IMG/VR virus record: IMGVR_UViG_3300036651_001908
Location: 1 to 64,000 of that record
Origin: a virus
Length of the DNA stretch: 64,000 nucleotides
Reading direction: 5' to 3' (one strand)
Part shown: one piece after another, positions 15,756-25,624 of the stretch
How the letters are laid out: each line of letters opens with the position of its first letter
Position numbering within the stretch: the first letter of the stretch is position 1
Position numbers and translations under genes: made by a program
The notes under the pieces: model-generated
Told to the model about the DNA's origin: nothing
Database searches by the model: none
Seen by the model: only the letters and a program-made list of their open reading frames with translations

Positions 15756-15998
15756 ATGCCCTCCGCTCGTTTCATCCTGCTGACACCGGTCCAAGCCATC
15801 CAGGTCACCGCCACCAATCTGGCGGAAGTAGCCACATTCGCCGGTGGCACGGTGCTGACCCCCACCGATGACCTCCCGAGCGTCCTGGTGCAGACCCTGA
15901 AGGGGCCTCAGCAGGCCTACGTGGGCTCATACGTCCTCCAGAAGGGGACCAAGTTCGGCGTCGTTTCGCAGGACATCTTCGAGGCCCTGTACCAGTGA
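15756..15998 (+). CDS. Hypothetical protein
   Basis: PVQAIQVT.TNL.EVA.F.GG...TLKG motif; CCGATAGT-N7-ATG. Confidence 0.7.
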   Translation: MPSARFILLTPVQAIQVTATNLAEVATFAGGTVLTPTDDLPSVLVQTLKGPQQAYVGSYVLQKGTKFGVVSQDIFEALYQ

Positions 15999-16246
15999 CG
16001 GGGGACCTCGAACGCCGTCAGCCCTTCGAGCAGACGGCGGCGGTCCTCTACGAGCGCTACGCCGGGTTCACCGGTGTGGAGGCACTGAGCGACCACGAGA
16101 AGATTTTGGCACTCGTCAGCCTGATCCCGATGGCGCTCCAGGTGGTGGACGAAGCCCGCGACACCATCGAACGGCTCAACTCTGAGAACGCTGCGCTTCG
16201 AGGTAGTCCGCCAGCGCCTCCTGGCGCAGATGCTCGTTCTGCTTAG
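15995..16246 (+). CDS. Hypothetical protein
   Basis: GTGA coupling. Confidence 0.6.
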   Translation: MTGDLERRQPFEQTAAVLYERYAGFTGVEALSDHEKILALVSLIPMALQVVDEARDTIERLNSENAALRGSPPAPPGADARSA

Positions 16247-16523
16247 CCAGGTGCACAACCATGTCCTCCTGGAACTTCAACTTCTTCTCCAGAGGTGACT
16301 GATAGGGGCCGTAGAACTCCTTCTTGCCTTCCTCAGTGAGTCCGGCACGCACGGTGTTTTCGACGTTGCCGTCCATGAGGAAGACCAGGTTCATGTCGCA
16401 CAGCGCCTTCAGTGACTGACGGTTCCGGCTGTCGAAGGTCCAGAAGCCCTCACCAAGCCGATGCCGTGCGAGCAGCACGTCGATGATCAGATCCTGAGTC
16501 GGGGTGAAGCGGTGTGTCGTCAT
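16176..16523 (-). CDS. Possible winged-helix protein
   Basis: FTPTQDLII...LKALCDMNLV...LTEEGK; TATAGT-N6-ATG. Confidence 0.6.
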   Translation of the reverse strand: MTTHRFTPTQDLIIDVLLARHRLGEGFWTFDSRNRQSLKALCDMNLVFLMDGNVENTVRAGLTEEGKKEFYGPYQSPLEKKLKFQEDMVVHLAKQNEHLRQEALADYLEAQRSQS

Positions 16524-16637
16524 GCCATCACTATACAGCACAGACGATGGTATAGAGCATGTGCCTCTGCCGTCACTCCCACTACTGTGCCCCGGAGTGC
16601 GCGTGTGACTCGTCCTGCGACTCCTGCGACCACGCGC

Positions 16638-16895
16638 CTAGAACGGGCGAATGATCCAGCACTCACTGATTAGGCGCTTGCAGAAGATGCAGTTCGTATC
16701 TTGCTGCATCGTCTCGTAGAGGTCGCGCCGCGCCTGGCACCACAGCACGTCGTTGCGGGGATCCGGGCAGGGAAGTCGGCTGCTCACCGCGTAGTGCGCC
16801 TGCACCGTGCACTTGTGGAGGGCACGGCTGGTGCACCTTAGGTTCTCCTCGAAGAGAGATTCGAGGTGGGCACCGACCAACTCTAGAGACTGCAT
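16638..16895 (-). CDS. Cys-rich hypothetical protein
   Basis: Several Cys including CIFC; start uncertain. Confidence 0.55.
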   Translation of the reverse strand: MQSLELVGAHLESLFEENLRCTSRALHKCTVQAHYAVSSRLPCPDPRNDVLWCQARRDLYETMQQDTNCIFCKRLISECWIIRPF

Positions 16896-16932
16896 GGTTG
16901 ATGATACCACGATGTCTGCTATGATACGGACC

Positions 16933-17202
16933 ATGTATACCGTGTCTCAGGATGAGGACCCGCCCAGCGGCAGGACGACCAGGATCCTCAACGTCCGACT
17001 CCCCATCCCCCTGTACGACGAGTTCGTTGCGGAGGCAGGTCCGGGCTACGGAGCACGCAGCGACCTGATGCGTCGTATGATCCAGTTCTGGCTCAGCAGC
17101 GTGGACGCCCGCACCTGGAAGAGCCGGTACCAGTCGGAGCGCTCGCTCCGTATCCAAGCAGAAGCAAAACTCAGTCAAATAGCGGAGATAGCGAAATCAT
17201 GA
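16933..17202 (+). CDS. Ribbon-helix-helix-like regulator
   Basis: ILNVRLPIPLYDEF...RSDLMRRMI; TATGAT-N7-ATG. Confidence 0.65.
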   Translation: MYTVSQDEDPPSGRTTRILNVRLPIPLYDEFVAEAGPGYGARSDLMRRMIQFWLSSVDARTWKSRYQSERSLRIQAEAKLSQIAEIAKS

Positions 17203-17504
17203 TCCATCGAGAATGGCGCCTGTCGTACTCATTCACGCGCGGCGAAAAGTATGACCCGAACAACAACTGGTGGGTGGTTCTCTACGAGAACAGCGCCCTC
17301 CATAACACCGTCGAGGTCGCTGGCGACCGCCTTTGCGCATTGACCGGACACCGGTGGTGCAATCGGATCTACGGCCCTATCTCCGATTGGGCGATGAATA
17401 GGGAGAACGAAGTGCTCCGTATTCCGATCACCCGAGGTTCGGCCGAGTCGTTGGACCGAGTTTTCGTGGACCGCATGGATTCCCAGATCGAGGAAACAGT
17501 ATGA
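17199..17504 (+). CDS. Hypothetical protein
   Basis: ATGA coupling; LC.LTGHRWC motif. Confidence 0.65.
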   Translation: MIHREWRLSYSFTRGEKYDPNNNWWVVLYENSALHNTVEVAGDRLCALTGHRWCNRIYGPISDWAMNRENEVLRIPITRGSAESLDRVFVDRMDSQIEETV

Positions 17505-18199
17505 TGATCCATCGGTTTTGGATGGGGCGTCAGATGCCCGAGCAATATCGCGAGTACGGGGAGCAGTGGAAACGGCTAAACCCGGACTGCGCTCTGATCG
17601 ACTGGAACGACAACGTTCTCATGTCTCTAGAAGAAGAATTGCCCCACATCCGCCCGGTGCTAGACGACCTGTACCTCCGGGACAAGGGCCGCAACGGGAT
17701 CGAACTGGCGGTGCAGGTGGCGGACGTGGTCGGCTACGCGCTGGTCCAGCAGCACGGTGGGATCTACGTGAACTGCGACATGCAGCCCGTGCGCCCGCTC
17801 CCCTCCCTCCCCGCGCAGGCCTGGGCCTCCTACGAGAACAACGAGGACTGGCGGATCAACAACGCTGCCATCGGGGCTCGTAGCCCGGGGGACGCGTTCT
17901 GGACGAACCTGCTGCTCGCCCTGCCGGAGAACTACTTCCTGCACCAGTACGACGAGATGGTGATGAGCACCGGTCCTGGCTTCCTGACCGAGTTCGCCCT
18001 GACGCATCCGGGCGAACTCGCCGTACTGCCGATGAGTACCTTCAACTCGAAGCACTGGAAATCGGTGCTGCCTGGCGACGATGCGAGCGCCTACGTGACG
18101 CAGCAGCGGTATCCGTCCGACGCCATCGCGGTGCACCACTGGGGGCACAAGCGCGACGGCCGGACGAACACGGTCGAGAACGCGACTCAGACCTCGTAG
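17501..18199 (+). CDS. Glycosyltransferase, GT32/OCH1-like
   Basis: IHRFW.G...WKRLNPD...ADVV.Y..V..HGGIYVNCD (DxD variant)...STGPGFLT...AVHHW. Confidence 0.85.
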   Translation: MMIHRFWMGRQMPEQYREYGEQWKRLNPDCALIDWNDNVLMSLEEELPHIRPVLDDLYLRDKGRNGIELAVQVADVVGYALVQQHGGIYVNCDMQPVRPLPSLPAQAWASYENNEDWRINNAAIGARSPGDAFWTNLLLALPENYFLHQYDEMVMSTGPGFLTEFALTHPGELAVLPMSTFNSKHWKSVLPGDDASAYVTQQRYPSDAIAVHHWGHKRDGRTNTVENATQTS

Positions 18200-18906
18200 T
18201 AGCGCTGAGCACCGACGTGCTCCTGGTAGCCAGGAACGTGCCGGTAGTCCTGCGGCTGCGCGTGCGTGCCGAGCACCCCGATGTTGTCCACACGGCTCGC
18301 CTCTGGCACGACCACGACCTTGTGGTGCAGGGGCAGGATGCGGGTGTTGAGGTTCCAGTCCCAGCCGGACTGATTCCCGGGGTGGCCGTTGTAGGTGCTG
18401 TAGTTGCGGTCCCACGTCGGGCCGATCAGGCTGTCCCAGCGGTCGTGCCAGGTGCCCCAGATCCATGGTGAGAAGCCCGGCCCACGGTGGACGGCGGCTA
18501 GGTCACCACTGGCACCACCGTGTGCACAGACCGTCGCCACCTGCTGATCGTGACGGTACTCGTGGTCGGCCCAGGAGAAGAACTCCAGGATGTCGTCGGA
18601 GACGACCAGGTCGTCCTCCGCACGGACGACGAAGTTGTGCTGCTGGAACTGGTCTTCGAAGCCCACCCAGGGGCAGTACAGGACGCCTAGACGCTCCGTG
18701 TTGACGACGCGTTCCACACGTGAGAGGCCTGTTTCAGCGACGAACTTTTCAACAAGATCGCTCACCTCACGCAGCCGGTTGGACGGTTCGAAGCGGAACT
18801 GCACGTCCCACTGGTCTAGGCCGCGGACCCGGGACCAGGAGTCGAGGACGGGGGACAGATACTCCGGCCGGTTGTAGATGGTGAAGAAGATACTGCGGGA
18901 AGTCAT
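18187..18906 (-). CDS. Glycosyltransferase, GT-A fold (GT2/GT13-like)
   Basis: YNRPEYL...AEDDLVVSDD...WIWGTWHDRW...SRVDNIG; CCGACAGT-N7-ATG. Confidence 0.8.
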   Translation of the reverse strand: MTSRSIFFTIYNRPEYLSPVLDSWSRVRGLDQWDVQFRFEPSNRLREVSDLVEKFVAETGLSRVERVVNTERLGVLYCPWVGFEDQFQQHNFVVRAEDDLVVSDDILEFFSWADHEYRHDQQVATVCAHGGASGDLAAVHRGPGFSPWIWGTWHDRWDSLIGPTWDRNYSTYNGHPGNQSGWDWNLNTRILPLHHKVVVVPEASRVDNIGVLGTHAQPQDYRHVPGYQEHVGAQRYYEV

Positions 18907-18946
18907 GTCTCTTACTGTCGGTCCAGAGTATGGTATACTGATGGGC

Positions 18947-19156
18947 ATGGGACGAGAATTTCTAGTCGATCGCTCGTCGTGTCGGGACTCCGGCACGCCC
19001 ATCTGGGCGATCCTTGAGGGCCTGATGGACGGCACCCTCAAGCCGTCTCCATACCCCCACTCGTGGGGCTGGATCCTCTACGGGGACGAGCGTGAGAGCG
19101 TGCTGTATAGTGTAGCACCCCATGCGAGCCCGGTCCGGCACGCTAGGAGAAAATGA
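18947..19156 (+). CDS. Hypothetical protein
   Basis: TATACT-N7-ATG; coupled to 19153..19389. Confidence 0.6.
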   Translation: MGREFLVDRSSCRDSGTPIWAILEGLMDGTLKPSPYPHSWGWILYGDERESVLYSVAPHASPVRHARRK

Positions 19157-19389
19157 TGAGCGATTGGTTCCTGGGTCCGTCCGCGTTCCCCTCGGTTGAC
19201 CCGAACTTGATCGAGGTCGGATCCGTGCTGGTGTCCCCCAAGGGCACCCGCTGGTCGGTGACCGCCGTCGAGCAGTCGGGCCGTGGCGCCTCCTATCTAA
19301 TGTGGGACGGGAGGGCCGTGCGCACGTGGCGCTCCTACCAGACGGTGCGGAACTGGACCCTGGCCGAGTCTCTACCGGACAGGACTTGA
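19153..19389 (+). CDS. Hypothetical protein
   Basis: RBS AGGAG; ATGA coupling. Confidence 0.6.
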   Translation: MMSDWFLGPSAFPSVDPNLIEVGSVLVSPKGTRWSVTAVEQSGRGASYLMWDGRAVRTWRSYQTVRNWTLAESLPDRT

Positions 19390-19481
19390 CACACCACACC
19401 GGCGTGGCATACACTCCTGGTAACAGGCCTTCCTGATCCAAACTTGAAGGCTCCTCACCACACACCGAAGGACACATAACT

Positions 19482-20381
19482 ATGAGCACGACCCTCCTGG
19501 CGCAGAAGGCGCCCGAAGTCGTAGAGGTCGATGAGTCGTACCTCGCTGGCCCGTACCACCGCCTCGTACTCGTCACGCCCGAACTGGCGGAGTACTGGCT
19601 GGACATGAACCTCCACAACCGGAAGGTGTACTTCGGCGTCGTCCGCGAGTACACCACGGCGATGAAGGAGGGTCGCTGGGAGTTCGACGGCGACTCGATT
19701 CAGTTCTCGAAGCAGGGCATCCTGCTCAACGGGCAGCACCGCCTGATGGCGCAGGTCGCCTCCGGCACCACGCTCGTCCAGTCCGTCTGGTACAACCTGG
19801 ACGAGCGGATCCAGACCGTCATGGACACCGGCCGCAAGCGCTCGTTCGCGGACATCCTCGAACTGGAGGGTGAGAAGGACGCGGCCCACCTCGCGGCGCT
19901 GACCAGCATGCTCTACTACTACGAGAAGGGCAGCCGGGGCCAGAACCTGACGAACTTCTCGAACTGGTCGGGCAACCGGGCGCAGCACACGCAGTTGCTG
20001 GAGTTCTTCCAGGAGAACGCCAGCGAAATCCGCAACTGCCTCCCGGCAGCCAAGGCCGCCCACCGCAGCGCCTACGCCCCGATCCGGGTCACCGCGTTCG
20101 CAAATCTCCTTTTCCGTCGCCTCGACGCGTACGAGGCGGATGTCTTCATGAAGGCCCTCACCTCCGGTGTGGGTCTGGAGTACGAGAGCCCGATCCTCCT
20201 CCTCCGCCAGCGGCTCGTCAACGACTACGGCGGGAAGGTCAAGGTCTCCAAGCCCCAGTCGTGGATCGTCCTGGCACTCATCTTCAAGGCCTGGAACTAC
20301 TGGCGGGATGGCGAGTCCATCAAGCAGTTGTCCTTCAAGCCGGGTGGCGCCAGCAAGGAAGTCTTCCCCGAGCCGCACTGA
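19482..20381 (+). CDS. ParB/Srx-like N-terminal domain protein
   Basis: VTPELA..WL..N.HNR...G.W...LLNGQHRL...MDTG.KRS; promoter TTGACA-N18-TACACT at 19386-19415. Confidence 0.8.
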   Translation: MSTTLLAQKAPEVVEVDESYLAGPYHRLVLVTPELAEYWLDMNLHNRKVYFGVVREYTTAMKEGRWEFDGDSIQFSKQGILLNGQHRLMAQVASGTTLVQSVWYNLDERIQTVMDTGRKRSFADILELEGEKDAAHLAALTSMLYYYEKGSRGQNLTNFSNWSGNRAQHTQLLEFFQENASEIRNCLPAAKAAHRSAYAPIRVTAFANLLFRRLDAYEADVFMKALTSGVGLEYESPILLLRQRLVNDYGGKVKVSKPQSWIVLALIFKAWNYWRDGESIKQLSFKPGGASKEVFPEPH

Positions 20382-20477
20382 TCCCCAAGACCCTGACCGC
20401 CCGAGACGATCCCTGTTCGTCTCGGGCGGTTCGGTCTCTTCTTCTGGTATATTGCACCCGAACCACCTGGAGGTGTG

Positions 20478-20723
20478 ATGTCGAACGAAGACATCGAGGC
20501 GTTTGTCCGCGCTTGCGTGAAGTGGGCATGCTTCGACGCAGAGGGCCCGTGCATGGACTACCGGGACGAGCGCCTACGGGGTGACCTCGTGATGTTCGCG
20601 AAGTTGTCCTTCAACGACCCGGTCACCGACAAGGATCCCAAGATGCTATGGGATCTATTTCTAGCCACTCCGGCCTACAAGGACCGGACACAAGCGGCGC
20701 AGGAGAAGGACACCACACCATGA
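20478..20723 (+). CDS. Hypothetical protein
   Basis: RBS GGAGG. Confidence 0.65.
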   Translation: MSNEDIEAFVRACVKWACFDAEGPCMDYRDERLRGDLVMFAKLSFNDPVTDKDPKMLWDLFLATPAYKDRTQAAQEKDTTP

Positions 20724-20965
20724 CTGACGAAGTGAAGATCGATGGCCGCACGCGGCCCCGCACGCAGAAGTTCCTCAACGCCCGCAAGCGCGGGGAAGAG
20801 CACCCTCGTTCGAAGGTGACCGCCGAACAGGTTCGTGAGATGCGCCGTCTGTGGACGGAGGAACGCCTCACGCTGAAGGAGATACAGGAGCGGCTGAATC
20901 TCTCCATCGGGCCGAAGAGCATTCACGGCATCGTGAAGCGCCATACCTGGAAGCACGTGGACTGA
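20720..20965 (+). CDS. Small HTH DNA-binding protein
   Basis: RGEEHPRSKVTAEQVREMR...TWKHV, like the C-terminal HTH of phage HNH endonucleases but without the nuclease domain. Confidence 0.7.
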   Translation: MTDEVKIDGRTRPRTQKFLNARKRGEEHPRSKVTAEQVREMRRLWTEERLTLKEIQERLNLSIGPKSIHGIVKRHTWKHVD

Positions 20966-21507
20966 TGGACGGCCGTCTCGTCGTGACCTACGTCATCGGG
21001 ACGGACACCTACCGCCTGGTAGTGGAGGTGCCTGCCCTGGAAGGGGCAGAGCCCTCTCTATCCTCGCTCTTCCGGACGACACAACTCGCCACCCGGGATC
21101 TAGAAGAACTCGTTCGTCGCCAGCGGTTCCCCACTGAGCGCCCCCGACCGAAGCAGGAATTGTGATCACCAACCGTCAGGCCGCTCTCATCGCAGGGTCC
21201 ATCGCGGCTCTACGCCAGCAGGGCAGTACGTCCACCTCCTCATACCAGCCGATCGATCCAACGCTCCACTACGCGGAGAAGTATCTGAAGTGGTTGGAGG
21301 AGTCCGAATGACCCACAACACGGATGAGTACACCCTGGTCTGCGCCTACAACACGCACACCGACTGCCCCGGGCGGGATGAGGGAGGAATCTGTACCTGC
21401 CTCTGCCACTTCATGAACACCGGTGATCGGTTCCGGATCGACGGCGTCTCCTTCATCAAGACGGGACGGGAGAGCGTTCGTCGTCTGACCGAGAAGGAGC
21501 GGCTTCA

Positions 21508-22467
21508 GTGACGAAAATCTTGTTGCTGGGCGACATCCACGCCCGCGACCGCTCTCCGGCCAACCGCAAGGAGGGCTATCTCGATGAAGTCCTCGACCTG
21601 CTCTGGCAGACGGTGGAGTTGGAGAAGTCTCTAGGCTGCGACGCCGTCATCTGGGCCGGGGACATCTTCGACTTCAAGGCGCCGAGCAAAACGAGCCACG
21701 CCACGGTTTTGAAGATGATCGAAATCGTCAAGGCCTATCGGAACCTCTGGATCGTGACCGGCAATCACGACATCTCCAACGACGTGCTGGACTCGCTCTA
21801 CGAGAAGCAACCTCTAGGCGTGCTCCTCCACGCAGGAGCGCACGAACTCGTCGGCTGGCACCCGTCTCTACCGGTGTACGGCGTCCCCTGGCAGCAGGAC
21901 TGGACGACCGGTGACGAGTGGCAGAACGCGTTCGATGACTGGGCGGACTCCCTCAGCAGGGCATGGCAACCCAAGAAGGCGCTCGTCGTCACCCACTGCC
22001 CCATCTATCCTCCGGCCGAAGCAGTGGGCAAGCCATTCGACCTCGTTCCCGCTGAGGATCTGGCTCAGGCCATGGGATACGGGGGCGCGCTCTACTACGG
22101 GCACATCCACGAGGACCACGGGATCTACGAGGTGGACGGCGTCACCTTCTGCAACCCCGGGGCCATCAGCCGCGGTAGCCTGCACGAGTACAACGTGGAG
22201 CGTGAGGTGAAGGTCGCTGTCTGGGACTCGGAGACGGGCTTCGAGCAGATCGTGCTGAACCACCAGCCCGCCTGCGACATCTTCCGGATGGACGAAGTAG
22301 CCGACGCGAAGGACGACAAACGGAACTTCGACGCGTTCTTAGGCAGCATCGGAACGACGACGCTGTCCATGAACTCCACAGCCAGCGTCATACAACACAT
22401 CATGCTTCTTGACGTAGACCTTGAGGTCCGTACCACAGCAGCGCAAATACTCGAAACTCTCCAGTAG
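21508..22467 (+). CDS. SbcD/Mre11-like metallophosphoesterase nuclease
   Basis: GDIH, AGDIFD, GNHD, THCP, GHIH and NPGAISR motifs. Confidence 0.9.
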   Translation: MTKILLLGDIHARDRSPANRKEGYLDEVLDLLWQTVELEKSLGCDAVIWAGDIFDFKAPSKTSHATVLKMIEIVKAYRNLWIVTGNHDISNDVLDSLYEKQPLGVLLHAGAHELVGWHPSLPVYGVPWQQDWTTGDEWQNAFDDWADSLSRAWQPKKALVVTHCPIYPPAEAVGKPFDLVPAEDLAQAMGYGGALYYGHIHEDHGIYEVDGVTFCNPGAISRGSLHEYNVEREVKVAVWDSETGFEQIVLNHQPACDIFRMDEVADAKDDKRNFDAFLGSIGTTTLSMNSTASVIQHIMLLDVDLEVRTTAAQILETLQ

Positions 22468-22536
22468 CATAGAAGGGTGCACCGCGCCACCCAGCGGTGC
22501 TGTCCATCTACAAACACCAGGACTGGAGAAGACGCA

Positions 22537-22854
22537 GTGACCGACCTCGTATTGGAGCCCGAGCAGACCGACCCAGGTCTCAAGGGAACCGGCGACGAGT
22601 CTTGGCATGGCACCGTCAGTGGGTACACGTACCACGGATGCCGTTGCGTCCAGTGCCGTGGTGGCTGGAGTACGGCCAATTTGGAGTCTCGCCGCCGTCG
22701 TGCGGAGAACGAGAAGCCGGAGAACATCCACGGGACGGCCAACGGGTACAACAACTACAAGTGCCGTTGTAACGAGTGCCGTGCGGCCTGGGCTGCTCGG
22801 GCGCGTGAGCAACGCGCCCGGAGTCGGGAGAAGGCCAACAACACGTTGGCCTAG
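22537..22854 (+). CDS. Zinc-binding protein with two HGT-GY-CRC repeats
   Basis: HGTVSGYTYHGCRCVQCR and HGTANGYNNYKCRCNECR. Confidence 0.75.
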   Translation: MTDLVLEPEQTDPGLKGTGDESWHGTVSGYTYHGCRCVQCRGGWSTANLESRRRRAENEKPENIHGTANGYNNYKCRCNECRAAWAARAREQRARSREKANNTLA

Positions 22855-22865
22855 GCTCTGAAGCC

Positions 22866-22905
22866 GAAGGACCCCACCGGGAGGTGTACCCCGGTGGGGT
22901 CCTTC
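22866..22905. terminator. Stem-loop, probable terminator
   Basis: GAAGGACCCCACCGGG...CCCGGTGGGGTCCTTC. Confidence 0.75.
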
Positions 22906-22996
22906 TACGCGTGTCTCAGCACACACTCAGCCAGGTTTCTGACAATCTTGAGCAGACCCCTTGACCCAGTGTATTACACGGAGGTATACTACACAC

Positions 22997-23191
22997 ATGA
23001 ACAAAGACATCCCGACCATCGTCCGCTCCCTAGAGAAGCAGGGCTGTGGCATCCGCAACACCAAGGCGGGCTACATGATCCTGTTCCCCGACGGGAAGTC
23101 CTCCTACACCGTGCACAAGAGCAACCACTCCGACTACCGGACTCTTGCTAACATACGGGCTGCCATGAAGCGGCACGGACTGGAGGTCTGA
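22997..23191 (+). CDS. HicA-like small protein
   Basis: LEKQG...TKAGY...PDG...VH...SD.R...N...MKRHG; promoter TTGACC-N18-TATACT-N6-ATG. Confidence 0.65.
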   Translation: MNKDIPTIVRSLEKQGCGIRNTKAGYMILFPDGKSSYTVHKSNHSDYRTLANIRAAMKRHGLEV

Positions 23192-23192
23192 G

Positions 23193-23504
23193 ATGAACTC
23201 GTACGAGAAGGCCCTAGAGACTCTGACGGCGGACATCCGCTCGAACCTGGAGGAAGGCATCTCCGAGGGGAAGATCGAGATACTGGCGGATGCGCTGATC
23301 CAGCGGGGCTGGACCACCATCGATCTGGTGACCCGGTTCCCCGACGACTACGCGCCCGGACGCCGCGTCGAAATCCTCGACTTACAGCAGGGCAAGTGGG
23401 TCGAAGGGGACGTGTCAGGCCACGTGGGCAACACGGTGCAGGTGGACACCGAGCGTGGTCCCCGCACCGTTGGCTCCAGCCGGAGCATCCGACCCGTCTA
23501 CTAG
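23193..23504 (+). CDS. Hypothetical protein with SH3-like C-terminus
   Basis: PGRRVEI...WVEGDV...VQVDT. Confidence 0.65.
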   Translation: MNSYEKALETLTADIRSNLEEGISEGKIEILADALIQRGWTTIDLVTRFPDDYAPGRRVEILDLQQGKWVEGDVSGHVGNTVQVDTERGPRTVGSSRSIRPVY

Positions 23505-23635
23505 ATCCTCGACCGAGTAGCCGTACATCACGGCGTACTCGCGAAGAGACCGAGCGAGTTTCCGGTCTCCTTCCCGAATAGCACGGGCGATCAGGAACCT
23601 GAACTCAAACTCATGAGTAGTCATGTTGCCTAGAA

Positions 23636-24001
23636 CTATCGACGCGTCCTCCACCAAGGGCGCCATTTCGCAGCGCGCTCAGGACTGACCTTTGCCACTC
23701 GCTCGTAGTAGTGGAACAACTCCTTGCGCATGCGATCGAGCAGTAGGAGAGCGCGCTCGTCCACTTCGCGGGTCATCTCCAAGTCCTGGACCGCGCTCAG
23801 CGGGTCCAGTTCGGAATGGTCGCTCCACGATGGCGGATCGGTCCGCACGGCGCTGATCCACCGCATTGCCATCGCCAGGTCGTCGGCGTCCCGACAGTAG
23901 AACGGCCCGCCCGGATCACCGGGCAGCATGTCCAGTGCCTCCAGCCGGGCGAGGGCTTCGATCAGCAGAGCCTTGTAGTCCGGCTCAGTCGGTGAGTTCA
24001 T
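23636..24001 (-). CDS. Hypothetical protein
   Basis: Follows 23985..24155 in the leftward operon. Confidence 0.6.
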   Translation of the reverse strand: MNSPTEPDYKALLIEALARLEALDMLPGDPGGPFYCRDADDLAMAMRWISAVRTDPPSWSDHSELDPLSAVQDLEMTREVDERALLLLDRMRKELFHYYERVAKVSPERAAKWRPWWRTRR

Positions 24002-24151
24002 CAAGTGCCGCTTTCTTCTTCCTAGCGCGCTCGCGGATCGCATCAATCTCCTCCTGCGTCCAGCGGGACTCGAAGTGCTTGCCGAAGGTGCAGTAGTCGT
24101 CCACTTCGAGGATGATCCAGTGGTGCAGGCCGTGTCGGCACAGCCACTGCT

Positions 24152-25378
24152 TCATCGGACCGTCCTCATCTGTTGCAGGACCATGGTGAGCCCCGAGTCG
24201 ATTTCCTCCACGTAGACGGCGGAGGACTTGGTCAGGCTGTCGGCACCGAGGTGCATGGACAGGAACTCGTCGTCGTAGATCGACAGCAGATCCATCAGGT
24301 GCTGCTTGTGTAGAACAAGATCCACCTGGCGCTTGGCTCCGGTGTACTGGCAGGGCATGACCTCCTGCGCAGCGTTGCCGTTCCGGTCTCGCGCGTGAAC
24401 CACCAAATCGTGCCCTGTCTTGCCGTCCGTGGGCAGGACTGTCAGGTTGATCTGCGCGTGGTCTGGATCGGCGTTTACTCGGACGCGGGAGACGCATCCC
24501 AGGAGCACGGTCGGGTCCACCACGAGCCGATCGGTGTTGGAGATGGCCGCGGTCGAGATGATCGACTCCACACTGCCCGGGAAGGGCACCGCCAACTGCT
24601 GCATCGTCATCTGGGTCTGACCCACCTCCACCTGCACCAGACGGGCGTTCGCACCGATGAAGGCGTCCGTGCCGTCGCCGCTCTTCAGCAGGCGGATGAG
24701 TTCCGGCAGCGCGGAGGCCGGGATCGAGAACTCGATGTCCGGCAGGCTGGGCACCTCGATGCGGTGGATCCGGATTCCATCGCAGGCCATGAGGAACCTG
24801 TTCTTCACATGGATCTGTGCCATGGAGGGACGGCCCGTGGGAGACCCTGTGGCGGGCTCCACGGCGTGCAGGGCGCCCAGGAAGGACTGCCGCTCCACCG
24901 TGTGCAATGGCTCAGCCCAGGGCTGGTACGCCACCGGAAGGTCACGGCCCTTCGGCAGCGCCACCGTCCAGAGCGCCCGGCCGGAGCGGATGGTGAGCGA
25001 GCCGCCCTGCACCTCCAGGGAGACCTGCGGATCCGGCGTCCGCTTCAAGATTTCGATCAGCCGGTCAGCCGGAACAAGAATTTGGCCCTCGACGTAGACA
25101 GCCAGCCGGTCGGTGATGGTGCGCACGCTGCGCTCCCCATCGTTGGCCGCGACCTCCACGAAGGATGCCGTCTTGGCCGTCGCACGCCCCGCCCTCAGAC
25201 GGGCGAACTTCGTCCCGGGTATCACTTCACGCCGGGGGACGATTGCGGCGCTCCTGTCGAGCACAGTGATGAAATCCTTGGCACTTCCCTCAACGTGCAG
25301 CCGCACCTCCACGTTGTGTGGTCGGGGGATCAGTTCAGGGTCGGCATCCTCGCGCTCGAAGAGTTCGTGGAGGCTCAC
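24152..25378 (-). CDS. dnaN: DNA polymerase III beta sliding clamp
   Basis: Three-domain length, ANDGE and ACDGIRI motifs, FP motif, C-terminal VLQQMR. Confidence 0.85.
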   Translation of the reverse strand: MSLHELFEREDADPELIPRPHNVEVRLHVEGSAKDFITVLDRSAAIVPRREVIPGTKFARLRAGRATAKTASFVEVAANDGERSVRTITDRLAVYVEGQILVPADRLIEILKRTPDPQVSLEVQGGSLTIRSGRALWTVALPKGRDLPVAYQPWAEPLHTVERQSFLGALHAVEPATGSPTGRPSMAQIHVKNRFLMACDGIRIHRIEVPSLPDIEFSIPASALPELIRLLKSGDGTDAFIGANARLVQVEVGQTQMTMQQLAVPFPGSVESIISTAAISNTDRLVVDPTVLLGCVSRVRVNADPDHAQINLTVLPTDGKTGHDLVVHARDRNGNAAQEVMPCQYTGAKRQVDLVLHKQHLMDLLSIYDDEFLSMHLGADSLTKSSAVYVEEIDSGLTMVLQQMRTVR

Positions 25379-25620
25379 GCGCCCGCTGCCTTCAGTTCCT
25401 CGGCGGCGGCCACGAGCGCCGACTTGAATTCTTGATCCAGGCGCTCCAGCAGTGAGTTCGCTTCAGCCAGATTGGCGACACCGTAGGTGTCCTTGAGTTC
25501 GGCCAGCGCGTTGCGGAGACCCTGGGTCTCCTTCTCCAGTCGCACCGTCGCCTCGGCGCGCTGGCGCTCTAGATCGTCGCGCTGCTTCTTCAGGGTGGTG
25601 AGGTCGTCTTCAGAGGTCAT
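25375..25620 (-). CDS. Small coiled-coil protein
   Basis: LK..YGV.NL.EA..LL motif; TACTAT-N6-ATG. Confidence 0.7.
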   Translation of the reverse strand: MTSEDDLTTLKKQRDDLERQRAEATVRLEKETQGLRNALAELKDTYGVANLAEANSLLERLDQEFKSALVAAAEELKAAGA

Positions 25621-25624
25621 TGCT

